From assembly GCA_030647555.1 (NCBI GenBank), contig JAUSJG010000008.1, positions 1,467 through 65,466 of the forward strand: a DNA stretch of 64,000 nucleotides. Reading direction: 5' to 3'. Position 1 is the stretch's first letter, and each line of letters starts with the position of its first letter. Shown in pieces: positions 49,658 to 58,880 of this stretch. A model generated the notes under the pieces. That model was not told the origin of the DNA, did not search any database, and saw only the letters and a list, made by a program, of their open reading frames with translations. The position numbers were made by a program, and so were the translations under genes. The DNA is from a bacterium (GTDB lineage Bacteria > Patescibacteriota > Andersenbacteria > UBA10190 > CAIZMI01).

Positions 49658-50464
49658 ATGAACGATTTTGAAAAATTCGCGCTTAAGGGGAAAACGGTAT
49701 TAATTACAGGCGGAGCCGGTTTTTTGGGAAAAATATTTGGCAAGGCCGTTGCTCACGCTGGTGGCAATGTGGTTTTGGCCGGTTTAATATTGGAAGATGC
49801 TGAAAAGGCGGCGCAAGCGATAGCGACTGAAACCGGTGGGCAAGCGATGGGCGTAATGATGGATGTGACCAGTAAGGCGGGAATTACAGCAGCCATTGAG
49901 GCAGTAACCGCCAAATTTGGGAGCTTAGATGTGGTGGTAAATAATGCCGGGCTGGATCCCAAATTTGATGCCTTGTCCCTCTCAAATGAAACGATGTTCG
50001 AAAATTATCCGGAAGAGTTTATCCGGAAGAGTCTGGAAGTAAACTTGCTTGGCGCAACATTGGTGGCACAAGCTTCTGTCAAATACATGATGGGTCAAGG
50101 AAGTGGAAACATTATTAATATTTCCTCGCTCTATGGTATCAACGGCCCGGATCAAAAAATCTATCCGGAAGGAAAACAAAAGCCAGTTGATTATTCAATT
50201 TCAAAAGGTGGGTTAGTGATGCTGACAAAATGGCTGGCTACAACCTATGCAATAAAGGGTATTCGCACGAATACGTTAACCTTGGGTGGAGTATTTCGTG
50301 ATAATACCGAAGACTTTATGAAAAAATATGGAGCCAAAGTACCAAACGGAAAAATGGTAGGTCAAGACGAGGTTGGTGCGCCACTGGTTTTCTTGGCGTC
50401 GGATGCGTCTACTGGTGTGAACGGGTGTAATCTGATCGTAGACCACGGTTTCTCGGCGTACTAA
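49658..50464 (+). CDS. SDR-family oxidoreductase
   Basis: KTVLITGGAGFLGK Rossmann motif. NNAG. YxxxK (YSISKGG). Confidence 0.85.
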   Translation: MNDFEKFALKGKTVLITGGAGFLGKIFGKAVAHAGGNVVLAGLILEDAEKAAQAIATETGGQAMGVMMDVTSKAGITAAIEAVTAKFGSLDVVVNNAGLDPKFDALSLSNETMFENYPEEFIRKSLEVNLLGATLVAQASVKYMMGQGSGNIINISSLYGINGPDQKIYPEGKQKPVDYSISKGGLVMLTKWLATTYAIKGIRTNTLTLGGVFRDNTEDFMKKYGAKVPNGKMVGQDEVGAPLVFLASDASTGVNGCNLIVDHGFSAY

Positions 50465-50620
50465 TAATAGTCGTCGTGTACGTTCAATTCCAGCCGTCGC
50501 TAAAGCTATGGCCGGCGGGCATGAATTGCCCAAAATAAATACGACTGACTTAAATAAAAAAATGAGCTTTATTTTGAAGCTCATTTTTGGAAGTTTTGTT
50601 TGCGAAAACGGATTAACCGC

Positions 50621-50662
50621 GACCGTTCACGGAACGGAGCAACCCTGCTCCGTTCCGTGAAC
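50621..50662. repeat. 19-bp-stem hairpin, member of a 2-copy hairpin family (other copy 56928-56967)
   Basis: ccgttcacggaacggagca accc tgctccgttccgtgaacgg. Confidence 0.55.
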
Positions 50663-50669
50663 GGTGCAG

Positions 50670-50770
50670 AGTTCCGACGTCCCGCCCTTTAGGGCGAGGC
50701 TCGCCCCGATGGGCGGCCGATTCCCGATTTCCCGCCCTTCAGGGCGAGGCTCGCCCCGATGGGCGGCTGA
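50670..50770. repeat. two tandem GC-rich REP-like units (family 3, inverted relative to 12802-12836)
   Basis: cccgccctttagggcgaggctcgccccgatgggcgg, then cccgcccttcagggcgaggctcgccccgatgggcgg. Confidence 0.6.
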
Positions 50771-50772
50771 CC

Positions 50773-51717
50773 TCAGACTTTTGGCCACTTGGCCGGATCT
50801 ACTTGCATTGGGTCTTCGATTGCTAGTTCTCGGAGTTTAACTAAAACATCATCTGGTAATGGTCCTGCGGAAACCGCGGCAACCATTCCGGCAATACGTT
50901 CCGGTTTTGTTGTGCCCATCAAGGCCGTGGAAACGGCGGGGTTACTAATTACAAAGCGCATCGCAAGCGTTGGTAAATCCATTCCCAACTCCGTCGCAAT
51001 TTTTTCGGCTTGACGAGAATTTTCTTTTAATACCGAAAGTTGCTCCGGCAGTTGTTCTCGGCGCGTTGGTGTAAGTGAGCCTTTCAGCAAAACAGATCGG
51101 TTGATAATCCCCACATCGTTTTTCATCGCTTCTGTCATCACGTTGGCCACCATACGCTGATCCACAACACTGTGGGCCAGTTGCAGAGTCTCAAAAAAAT
51201 TAGTTTTAATGGCTACGAGGGGTGCTTCTTCACCGCGCGTGGAAATGCCGACGTGTTGAACTTTTCCAGAATTAATTAATTCGCGGAGGATGTCAGCGAT
51301 TTCACCGCGTTCGATTTGTTCGGCCGTAGCGTAATGTAGTTGTAGTAATTGCAGGGAATCGGTTTGCAGTTTTCTCAAACTTTCTTCGACATCGCCGACA
51401 ATTAGTTGTTTCAATTCGTCACCATGTGGATCGATGCCTTTTTCTAACGGCATGCCACACTTTGTGCCGATCACAATATCTGGAATTTTTCCAATACCGG
51501 ATTTGCCAATGCGTTCTTCAGATAGTCCATAACCGCGCGCGGTATCAATATAATTTATTCCCGCATCGATGGCTGTCTTCAGGATTGTAATAGCCGTTTG
51601 TTCGGATGGTACCTCTTTTTTGCCGATACCATACTCAAGACCAAGTTCGACTGTGCCTAAGCCAAGCACAGTGACTTCGAGTTCGGAACTTCCTAATTTC
51701 TTTTTTAATAGTGTCAT
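50773..51717 (-). CDS. aldo/keto reductase
   Basis: LGLGTVELG...IDTARGYG, the AKR catalytic tetrad region. Confidence 0.85.
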   Translation of the reverse strand: MTLLKKKLGSSELEVTVLGLGTVELGLEYGIGKKEVPSEQTAITILKTAIDAGINYIDTARGYGLSEERIGKSGIGKIPDIVIGTKCGMPLEKGIDPHGDELKQLIVGDVEESLRKLQTDSLQLLQLHYATAEQIERGEIADILRELINSGKVQHVGISTRGEEAPLVAIKTNFFETLQLAHSVVDQRMVANVMTEAMKNDVGIINRSVLLKGSLTPTRREQLPEQLSVLKENSRQAEKIATELGMDLPTLAMRFVISNPAVSTALMGTTKPERIAGMVAAVSAGPLPDDVLVKLRELAIEDPMQVDPAKWPKV

Positions 51718-51770
51718 ATGGATTTTATGTTACGAGGAGTGAGGGAATAGTCAAATTGATAGGGTATGTT

Positions 51771-52268
51771 TTAGTCACAACGGATGTCGCCGTCTGCTGG
51801 AGTGTTATCGTTAGACGCCCAAACAAAATATATGTTTTCGCTTTCTTTCGGTTTATAGTTTTTCAAATATTTTTCTCTCAATTCATACCACGGACTGTCA
51901 AGACGTTCATTGCCATCAGGAAAATAAACTCCTGCTGTAAAAAAATCATATGGATAGAATTTTTCTAATTCTTCTTTTGCTATTGGGCTTGAGCGGAACT
52001 CGCCTGCAATAAATTCACAATAAGTGCCATCTGCCCAATTTCCCACTTCCGCCACTTCTGTTATCAGGTTTGATTGAGTTGGATGAAACGATTCTATTTG
52101 CTGGCGAAAATTATTCTGAAAAACCTTTAAGTGATAATTATTAAATGGAATTTTGTATGTCATATATATAGCAAATAAAGTAGCGAGCAGTAAAAATACT
52201 GAAATGATGGTGGCACCTGATATAATTGTTATTTTGTAAAATAATTTCATTTGTTTTATTTTAACCAA
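51771..52268 (-). CDS. hypothetical membrane-anchored protein
   Basis: N-terminal TM helix. 165 aa. Confidence 0.4.
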   Translation of the reverse strand: MVKIKQMKLFYKITIISGATIISVFLLLATLFAIYMTYKIPFNNYHLKVFQNNFRQQIESFHPTQSNLITEVAEVGNWADGTYCEFIAGEFRSSPIAKEELEKFYPYDFFTAGVYFPDGNERLDSPWYELREKYLKNYKPKESENIYFVWASNDNTPADGDIRCD

Positions 52269-52447
52269 TCTTGGGCTAATTTATAAAATTCGTTGACTAT
52301 TTGTAAGCCACGATCGTTCGGTTGCGGACTGTTATGTGGGTCTTTGTGTTTTAAAGAATAAATTTTTAAGTTTTCATCAATAAAAACCAGGCTTCTCTTT
52401 TTAGTATCAGTGGCAATTAAAATTATTTTAATAACATTCTTATTCAT
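52256..52447 (-). CDS. hypothetical small protein
   Basis: 63-aa ORF overlapping the next gene by 13 bp. Weak. Confidence 0.25.
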   Translation of the reverse strand: MNKNVIKIILIATDTKKRSLVFIDENLKIYSLKHKDPHNSPQPNDRGLQIVNEFYKLAQDWLK

Positions 52448-52539
52448 AAGTTTTTATATTAACATATGTTAACATTACTTAATTATAGGTCTTAATTTCT
52501 TTAGGTCAATATCTCGTTATAGCTAATAAATAGTGTTAC

Positions 52540-52775
52540 CGAAACCGTCTACATGAGGAGTTACGTGACGGTAACCGCTCACAGGTTAAGGAAATAGCCG
52601 TAGCGGTCACATTGAAGGTGGTGCACGCTTGCACTTCCTCCGATGTGGACGACGGTTCGCGTTGACGCAAACCTTCTACCACTTCCGATGAAGGCCAAGC
52701 GTGGCCCACATCGGAAGTGAGTGCGACGATTCTTCGTTTTCCTTAACCTGTGAGGGGTTACCTAATCGGACATTT
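52540..52775 (+). ncRNA. candidate structured RNA (unknown class) in 660-bp ORF-free region upstream of CMP-sugar synthetase gene; strand uncertain
   Basis: Long-range complementarity between cgctcacaggttaaggaaa (52577-52595) and ttccttaacctgtgagggg (52740-52758). Nested hairpins include cacttccgatg...catcggaagtg. No protein-coding potential. Confidence 0.3.
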
Positions 52776-53153
52776 TGATTTTTTGGCTGATTTGGCATAA
52801 ATTGTTTATATGGCACAGTAGCAAATTGTTCAAAGCAACTCGGTTTATATTTATTCCTCAAAAAACAACATATCGCAGGAATTAAGGACGGGAGGAAACG
52901 GGTATTACGATGTATTGGGAATTACGGCTGATATTTGGGGGCGAGATCTTAAATACCGTTCTAAATAAAAAGCCGTCCTCCGCGAGGAGGACGACCCTTG
53001 GATGTGATACCCTTTCAGTTACGACTAACTGAAAGACACAAGAATACTAGCAGGCAGGTAGTGGTTTGTCAAGGGCAATGGGTGGAATTATGAAGGACAA
53101 CAGGTAGAAAAATGAATTATTTATCACTAACATCAGGAGAATACACCAATAAT

Positions 53154-53972
53154 ATGAAGATCGTGAATTCAAACCCTAAACGTAACCCAGTAAATGTAAT
53201 CGCGCTGATTCCAGCGCGTGGTGGGCAACAAAGTATCAAGTACAAGAATCTCTCCAGGCTTGGTAAAAAATCCTTATTACAATGGGCGATTGAAACGGCC
53301 ATGACCTCTAAAATGATTGATGCGGTGGTAGTGTCTACGGAGGATAAAAAAATTGCCAGAGAAGCAAAGAAGTTTGGTGCTTTAGTTGCACCGCGTCCGG
53401 CTGAATACGCACAGGCAACAAGCGGTGACGCCGGTTTTTATACGCACGCTGTTCAATGGTTGGAGCAGGAATTTGGATGGAAACCGGAATATATCGTTAA
53501 TCTGCGACCAACTACACCGTTGCGTTTTTCGGAAGATGTTGATGCAATGATTGAATACGTTCAGAAGAGTGGTGCGGACGGTATAAAAAGTGTGATGCAA
53601 ACTCCTGTTCATACTTATAAAATGTGGACATTCGCGGGAAACGCGAATAAAAAAATTGGTGAAGCCGGACAGATGAGTCCGATTTTAAACGACGAATACC
53701 GAAAACTGCATGGTCCCGATCAGCCGCGTCAGCGGGTTTTTGAAATGTATCCGCAATATTGGCAGGATGGCCAGGTGGATATTACCCGTCGAAAATTTAT
53801 ATTACGTCCGGAGTGTCTGAAATATGAAAATGTTTTTGGGCCGAACTTGCACGGCTATGTTTTGGATGGACGCTTGATTGCCGATATCGACAGTGAGAAA
53901 GATCTTATCCGGGCAGAAAAGTTGTACAAACAGTACCTTTTAGAAAAGAAGCAGAATTTGTCGAACTACTGA
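53154..53972 (+). CDS. acylneuraminate (CMP-nonulosonic acid) cytidylyltransferase family
   Basis: VIALIPARGGQQSIKYKNL...LLQWAI is the CMP-NeuAc/CMP-Kdo synthetase N-terminal motif. Start moved to MKIVNS after an aggaga RBS. Confidence 0.75.
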   Translation: MKIVNSNPKRNPVNVIALIPARGGQQSIKYKNLSRLGKKSLLQWAIETAMTSKMIDAVVVSTEDKKIAREAKKFGALVAPRPAEYAQATSGDAGFYTHAVQWLEQEFGWKPEYIVNLRPTTPLRFSEDVDAMIEYVQKSGADGIKSVMQTPVHTYKMWTFAGNANKKIGEAGQMSPILNDEYRKLHGPDQPRQRVFEMYPQYWQDGQVDITRRKFILRPECLKYENVFGPNLHGYVLDGRLIADIDSEKDLIRAEKLYKQYLLEKKQNLSNY

Positions 53973-54066
53973 TATTTTCACATTAGCTTAATGTTTATTG
54001 CCCCCAATTATGGCTAATATAAGCTCGTAATAGGCACAAAAAAGTTAAGTTAATGTGAAAATATCA
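53969..54066. repeat. palindrome with 23-bp arms overlapping the stop codon of 53154..53972
   Basis: ctgatattttcacattagcttaa ... ttaagttaatgtgaaaatatcag. Confidence 0.5.
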
Positions 54067-54094
54067 GTAGATTAATATAAGCGAAAGCAATATT

Positions 54095-54237
54095 TGTATA
54101 TTGTATTTGGTATATAGTATATGGAATTATCGACTGTTGCGAAAATAAATTGGCAGATTGGGGCTATCTCTACCATCTGTGCTACATGAACGCTCGGATT
54201 AAATAAACCCATATACTAAATACTATATACAATATAC
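54095..54237. mobile_element. MITE-like element, family 1, copy 7
   Basis: tgtatattgtatttggtatatagtatatggaatta ... aacccatatactaaatactatatacaatatact. Confidence 0.7.
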
Positions 54238-54257
54238 TGGTAAAAGACTTCAGTCTT

Positions 54258-55463
54258 TTACACTAGTTTCTGAATTTCTTCCATCGTCCTCTGACAAGAA
54301 GAGCCATCAAGGAAAGTGATGATATTCTTACAGCTCTGCACTCGACCATCACGGTCTTTTTCAGGGTGCTCCAAGTAGTCATTAATTGCGGGAATTAAAT
54401 CTGGTCGTTTTTTAATGACACGTACCCCGCCACCGGAAACTATGTCGCGATAATGTTCCTTAAAGTCCTTAACCACCATCGACTTTCTCCAGTTCCACCA
54501 ATCGAGTGGTTTGCCATAGAGTACGCAAATGGTCGGGCGATCGCCAAGCATTGATTCCACGGCGGCAGATGAAGAAAAATTAACCATCACGTCGGTGTAT
54601 TTCCAGAGTGCCACGAGCATATACATTTCGCGCATCGTGGGGTTGAAGTTGAAATCTTTGTGTGGGGAATTGTCACGGCGTCCGAAAGAATAACGCAGGG
54701 TGTAATTATATTTATCGGCCCAATGTTGGTGCATCGCCGGCTTGCCACTTCCTGGGTGCATGGAAGCATAAAGTTGTAAATCGGCAGGAAGGCTTCCGTC
54801 TTGTTTCGCGATACCGATTTGTTCGGCGACATTCGACATGTCATACAGTTCGACGGTGGCGACATGCAAAAGTCGCTTGTTTGGATCTAAGCCGATGTAT
54901 TCAAAAAGTTCTTCACGTGAAGGGATTCTATTTGTGTGAGAGAAAAGATCGAGGCGTGGCGCACCGGTCACCGCAACCTGTTCTTCTTTGATGTCCGTAA
55001 ACTCGCGAAGTAAATGGTCTTTCATTATTTGATTCCAGACGATAATTTTATCGGGAATAACTTGCTCCGACCGTAGTCGTGCCATTTTCCAAATATTGTC
55101 CCAGGATTCAATGAAAGTGCAGGTTTTTAAACCCAGTTTTTTAGCAACGCGAAGAATTGGGCGATCAACGACATCGCGCCCCGTTGTTGTGGTTAATACC
55201 AAATCTGGTTGATATTTTTTGTAGATCGTTTCTAGTTTGGTTTCCGTTTCCGGTTTATCCCAGGCTTCTGATTTTATGTCTTCAAAGGTAAAACGGTGGC
55301 GCGGATACTCCGAAGCAGGGAAAAATTCATCTGCCCATGGCGCGCCGGGAGAAACGATAACGTAATTCCAAGTATATTTATTAATCAAAAGCTCACGCAT
55401 TGGCTGGAGCAGGGCGCGGTGATGAGAGCCGGAAGGGACGGAGATAACAATGGTGGCATTCAT
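54258..55463 (-). CDS. putative GT-B-fold glycosyl-/glycerophospho-transferase (TagF/capsule-synthesis-like), uncertain family
   Basis: ~400 aa. Lies beside the CMP-sugar synthetase gene, suggesting a CMP-sugar-using transferase. No signature confidently matched. Confidence 0.35.
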   Translation of the reverse strand: MNATIVISVPSGSHHRALLQPMRELLINKYTWNYVIVSPGAPWADEFFPASEYPRHRFTFEDIKSEAWDKPETETKLETIYKKYQPDLVLTTTTGRDVVDRPILRVAKKLGLKTCTFIESWDNIWKMARLRSEQVIPDKIIVWNQIMKDHLLREFTDIKEEQVAVTGAPRLDLFSHTNRIPSREELFEYIGLDPNKRLLHVATVELYDMSNVAEQIGIAKQDGSLPADLQLYASMHPGSGKPAMHQHWADKYNYTLRYSFGRRDNSPHKDFNFNPTMREMYMLVALWKYTDVMVNFSSSAAVESMLGDRPTICVLYGKPLDWWNWRKSMVVKDFKEHYRDIVSGGGVRVIKKRPDLIPAINDYLEHPEKDRDGRVQSCKNIITFLDGSSCQRTMEEIQKLV

Positions 55464-55655
55464 ATGATTAAAGTATCAGATAAATTTATAAGAACCAAAT
55501 GGATTTGAATTGTTTAGGGATGATTCTGTAAAAGGATTATTCCTAAATAGCGTTACGACGTATTGACGCAAACTATAACTTATAGTATGCTACCTTATTC
55601 CCTGAAAGCGTTTCGGGGTTTGTGTTCTGTGAATAATTTGCGAAGGGTATGAAAG

Positions 55656-56840
55656 ATGCCAAGTAAAAAAGCGAAAAAACGATTTCTAGTGGTCGCCGCC
55701 CATACAGGTAGCTTCCTCAATGGTCCTCTGCCGGTGGCGCGTTTACTTCGAGAGATGGGGCACGATGTTTCGGTATGCTTGCAGACTGGGCAATCGGCTT
55801 ACGATTCGTGGAAGTCGAGTGGCAAGGTTTGGCAGGAGCTCAAATGGTTCGATGTCGCCGGAAAGAGCGGTGCATGGCCGCAGCTCAAGTCAACGTTTGA
55901 TGCAGTGCTTCTGGCAATGTCGCCGGTCATTGGAGCCAATTCTGAGATCGGTGCGTTGATGATGGCACATGAAGACGGGGTTCCGGCTTTTGGGGTATCG
56001 GATTTTCCGGGGAGTTTGCGGAATCCGGGCTGGCGTGATTATGTTCGTCACTTGACCACGCTTTTCTCCCCGATGCCCGAACCGAATTTTCCTGGAAAGT
56101 GTGTCGTCTCCGGCTGGGGTGCGTTGGAAAAATGGCGCAACAAAGATGTTGGCGCCATGGCTTATGCTACACGTCTCAAGCTCGGTATCGGTCATGAACC
56201 GGTGCTGTACGTTTTCTTTTCTCCGGAGCGCGAATCGCCATTGGCCTTGGAACACTTGGCGATTTTAATTCGAGAAGTGGATATCGACGGCATTACGATA
56301 GTGGTCAATCGTCACGGGCGTGAAAAAAGTACGCCCGTTGATGGGAACGCTCGAAGATTCCGAGTGGCGCTTTGCTTGCTTGGTGAAAATAATCGTGTTT
56401 TCGATAACAGCCCGGAGTATTCCGAATTTCTCAGTTTGGATGAACGTTCGATTTTGCCACAGTTTCGACCGGATGAGTTTCTTGAATATCAGGAGGCCTT
56501 AACTTTGGCCAGAGGAAATGGGGTTGCCCTAACGATGTTCGGGACGGATGGTTTACTCGCACCGTATCTGGCTTCGAGTGGGATTCTTTCGGTGTGCTGG
56601 CTTGATCCTGTTTATGGTGGTGCCGTTCTAAAACGTGAGAAGCAAGTTGAGCGGCTCGATTTGCCTATCCTTTGGCAGCCGACGAATGATCTGGATTTGC
56701 TCACATGCATCGACAGTGGGTTGCGTGGACGTTCCGATGCACGTGAGAAGCAGATTGAATTGTTAGAACAACAGTATCCGTTTCCGAAATCGTCTGCACC
56801 GCAGATCATCGTCGACGAGATCTTGCGACAACTGGGTTAG
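55656..56840 (+). CDS. hypothetical protein (possible GT-B-like fold) encoded in GC-rich island
   Basis: Local GC is about 55-58%. N-terminal FLVVAAHTGSFLNGPLPVARLL resembles a GT-B N-terminal Rossmann strand. Followed by a terminator. Confidence 0.35.
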   Translation: MPSKKAKKRFLVVAAHTGSFLNGPLPVARLLREMGHDVSVCLQTGQSAYDSWKSSGKVWQELKWFDVAGKSGAWPQLKSTFDAVLLAMSPVIGANSEIGALMMAHEDGVPAFGVSDFPGSLRNPGWRDYVRHLTTLFSPMPEPNFPGKCVVSGWGALEKWRNKDVGAMAYATRLKLGIGHEPVLYVFFSPERESPLALEHLAILIREVDIDGITIVVNRHGREKSTPVDGNARRFRVALCLLGENNRVFDNSPEYSEFLSLDERSILPQFRPDEFLEYQEALTLARGNGVALTMFGTDGLLAPYLASSGILSVCWLDPVYGGAVLKREKQVERLDLPILWQPTNDLDLLTCIDSGLRGRSDAREKQIELLEQQYPFPKSSAPQIIVDEILRQLG

Positions 56841-56877
56841 TTTGTAAGATGTCTGACACCTTCAACTCGTTCTTTAT

Positions 56878-56906
56878 CCCGACACATGCGTGTCGGGATT
56901 TTTTTG
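56878..56906 (+). terminator. rho-independent terminator
   Basis: cccgacacatgcgtgtcggg followed by atttttttg. Confidence 0.65.
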
Positions 56907-56927
56907 TTAAGTTTTGCGAACCTGTGT

Positions 56928-56967
56928 CCGATCACGGAACGGAGCAATCTTGCTCCGTTCCATGATC
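56928..56967. repeat. hairpin repeat (second copy of 50621-50662 family)
   Basis: ccgatcacggaacggagca atct tgctccgttccatgatcgg. Confidence 0.55.
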
Positions 56968-57017
56968 GGTGTTGGTTCGTTGCTGGCAGAAAAAGAAATA
57001 AAGAGTATAACTAAGAA

Positions 57018-58335
57018 CATGACTAACAAAATTTCTCCTCTAGAATCGTTTCGAACAACTCTAAGAGAAGTCGGTGGCAAAATGAATTTGCGCAAAGATG
57101 TAATCGAAATATTAAGTTATCCGCAACGGGTGATAGACGCGTATATTCCAGTTGAAATGGATAACGGGTCGATGCGAATTTTTCACGGGTATCGCGCGCA
57201 GCACCAAAATGCGCGTGGGCCATATAAGGGAGGCATTCGTTTCCACCCGGATGTAGATGAACAAGAAGTGCAGGCATTGGCGGCTTGGATGACCATGAAA
57301 ACAGCAGTTGTAGATATTCCGTTCGGCGGTGCAAAAGGTGGTGTGGCTTTGAACCCGATGGAGTTGTCGGACAGGGAATTACAACGTCTTACTCGGGCCT
57401 TTGTGCAAACATTAGGTGAAGCCATTGGTCCAAACGTTGATGTGCCGGCGCCGGATGTAAATACGAATGGGCAAATTATGGCGTGGGCGGCGGACGAGTA
57501 CAGTCGTCTGCATCAAGGGGCACCGCACGTTGAAGCAACTTTCACGGGTAAGCCTATTTCGGTGGGTGGTAGCTTGGGCAGAGAAGAAGCAACCGGTTAC
57601 GGCGGAATCTTGGTTTTGCAAAACTTCCTGACGCGCAAAAATATCGCCAAGGACGGTCTAAAAGTGGCAGTACAGGGTTTCGGCAATGTGGGTTCCTATT
57701 TCGCGCGGTTTGCCCATAATAACGGCATGCACGTGGTGGCGGTTTCCGACTCGCGTGGTGGAATCTATAATTCCGATGGCCATGATGTTGATGCGGTGGT
57801 GGCCGGTCAAAAACGCGCCGGTCATTTGGAAAAGAATGTTTGTTATCCGCGGATTGGTGTTGCTGAAGCGGGTCAAAAAGCCAGCGAGTGTTCTCCGATT
57901 ACCAACGCGCAATTGTTGGAATTGCCAGTAGACATTTTGGTGCCGGCGGCATTGGAAAATCAAATTACCGCCGAAAATGTCGAAAAAATTCAAGCAAAGA
58001 TAATTATCGAGATGGCCAACGGACCAATTACGCCGGAAGCGGATGTGATTTTAGCGCGTCGTGGCATTATTGTTATTCCCGATATTTTAGCAAATGCCGG
58101 CGGCGTCACAGTCAGTTACTTTGAATGGGTACAAAATTTGCAGAATCTTTATTGGACCAAGGAAGAAGTGAATTCTCGGTTGGAACAAAAAATGGCCACT
58201 TCATCAAATGATGTTTTTGATATTGCCGATAAAGAAAAAGTTACAAACCGCGAAGCGGCATACCGAATTGCTCTGGCACGCGTTCAAGAAGCGATGGTGC
58301 TTAAGGGTTGGGTACCGGCGCAGGTGAAGGGGTAA
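57018..58335 (+). CDS. gdhA: NAD(P)-dependent glutamate dehydrogenase
   Basis: KGGIRFHPDVDEQEVQALAAWMTMKTAVVDIPFGGAKGG is the GDH signature. Start moved downstream of the hairpin repeat. Confidence 0.9.
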
Positions 58336-58398
58336 GGATAGAAGATTTTTTGGGTTTATTAACCTTTGGTTTCTTTGGGGTTGTTACGCTTACCTCTT

Positions 58399-58857
58399 TG
58401 TATATGGTATTTAGTATATAGTATATGGATTTATTGACTCTGTTCTGGTTTTGAGTTTGAACTCCTTATTAGGCCGTTTATTAGTTTTGACACATCAACG
58501 GTTTTCTTTGCGATGGTGTTAAAATCATCCTTTGTTATATAACCCAAATCTCGACAAATGATGTATTGGTTTTGAAGTTCTGTTAGGGATCCTTTTGCAA
58601 TCGCATAAAACTGTTGTTTGTCTCGTTTTGTGTTTCGACTAAATCCTTCGGCAATGTTAGAAGAAACAGATACCGCGGCTCTTCTCATTTGACTAGTTAG
58701 TCCAAATATTTCTTCTTTTGGAAATGATTTGGATATTTTGTAGGTCATTAGCACTAATGCGTGGCTTTCTCTCCAAGCATCTAAATGCGTAAAAGATGTG
58801 ATTTTGTTTGTGTTTGATAAATCCATATACTATATACCAAATACCATATACAAAAAA
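58399..58857. mobile_element. family-1 element carrying a gene: termini of the MITE family flanking a four-helix-bundle protein gene
   Basis: Left terminus tgtatatggtatttagtatatagtatatggattta at 58399-58433. Right terminus aaatccatatactatataccaaataccatatacaa at 58820-58855. The gene's ATG GAT TTA start lies within the terminus. Confidence 0.65.
58431..58826 (-). CDS. four-helix-bundle protein (23S rRNA intervening-sequence protein family, TIGR02436-like)
   Basis: WRESHALVLMTYKISKSFPKEEIFGLTSQMRRAAVSVSSNIAEGFSR...AKGSLTELQNQ matches the family pattern ...FPKEE.YGLTSQLRRAAVSIPSNIAEG...ARGSL.EL. Confidence 0.75.
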   Translation of the reverse strand: MDLSNTNKITSFTHLDAWRESHALVLMTYKISKSFPKEEIFGLTSQMRRAAVSVSSNIAEGFSRNTKRDKQQFYAIAKGSLTELQNQYIICRDLGYITKDDFNTIAKKTVDVSKLINGLIRSSNSKPEQSQ

Positions 58858-58880
58858 TTTTATTGAGCAGTGGATGCTGT

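Noticed and set aside
52676-52861. 61-aa ORF in the 52.4-53.1 kb non-coding region
   Set aside because: It overlaps the strongly self-complementary segment, has no RBS and odd composition. It is more likely RNA structure than a peptide.
52448-53153. RNase P RNA, tmRNA or SRP RNA in the long non-coding gap
   Set aside because: None of their conserved blocks was found: GGAAAGTCCGGGCT for RNase P, the tRNA-like 3' end with CCA and a tag ORF for tmRNA, GGAAGGAAGCAGC for SRP RNA.
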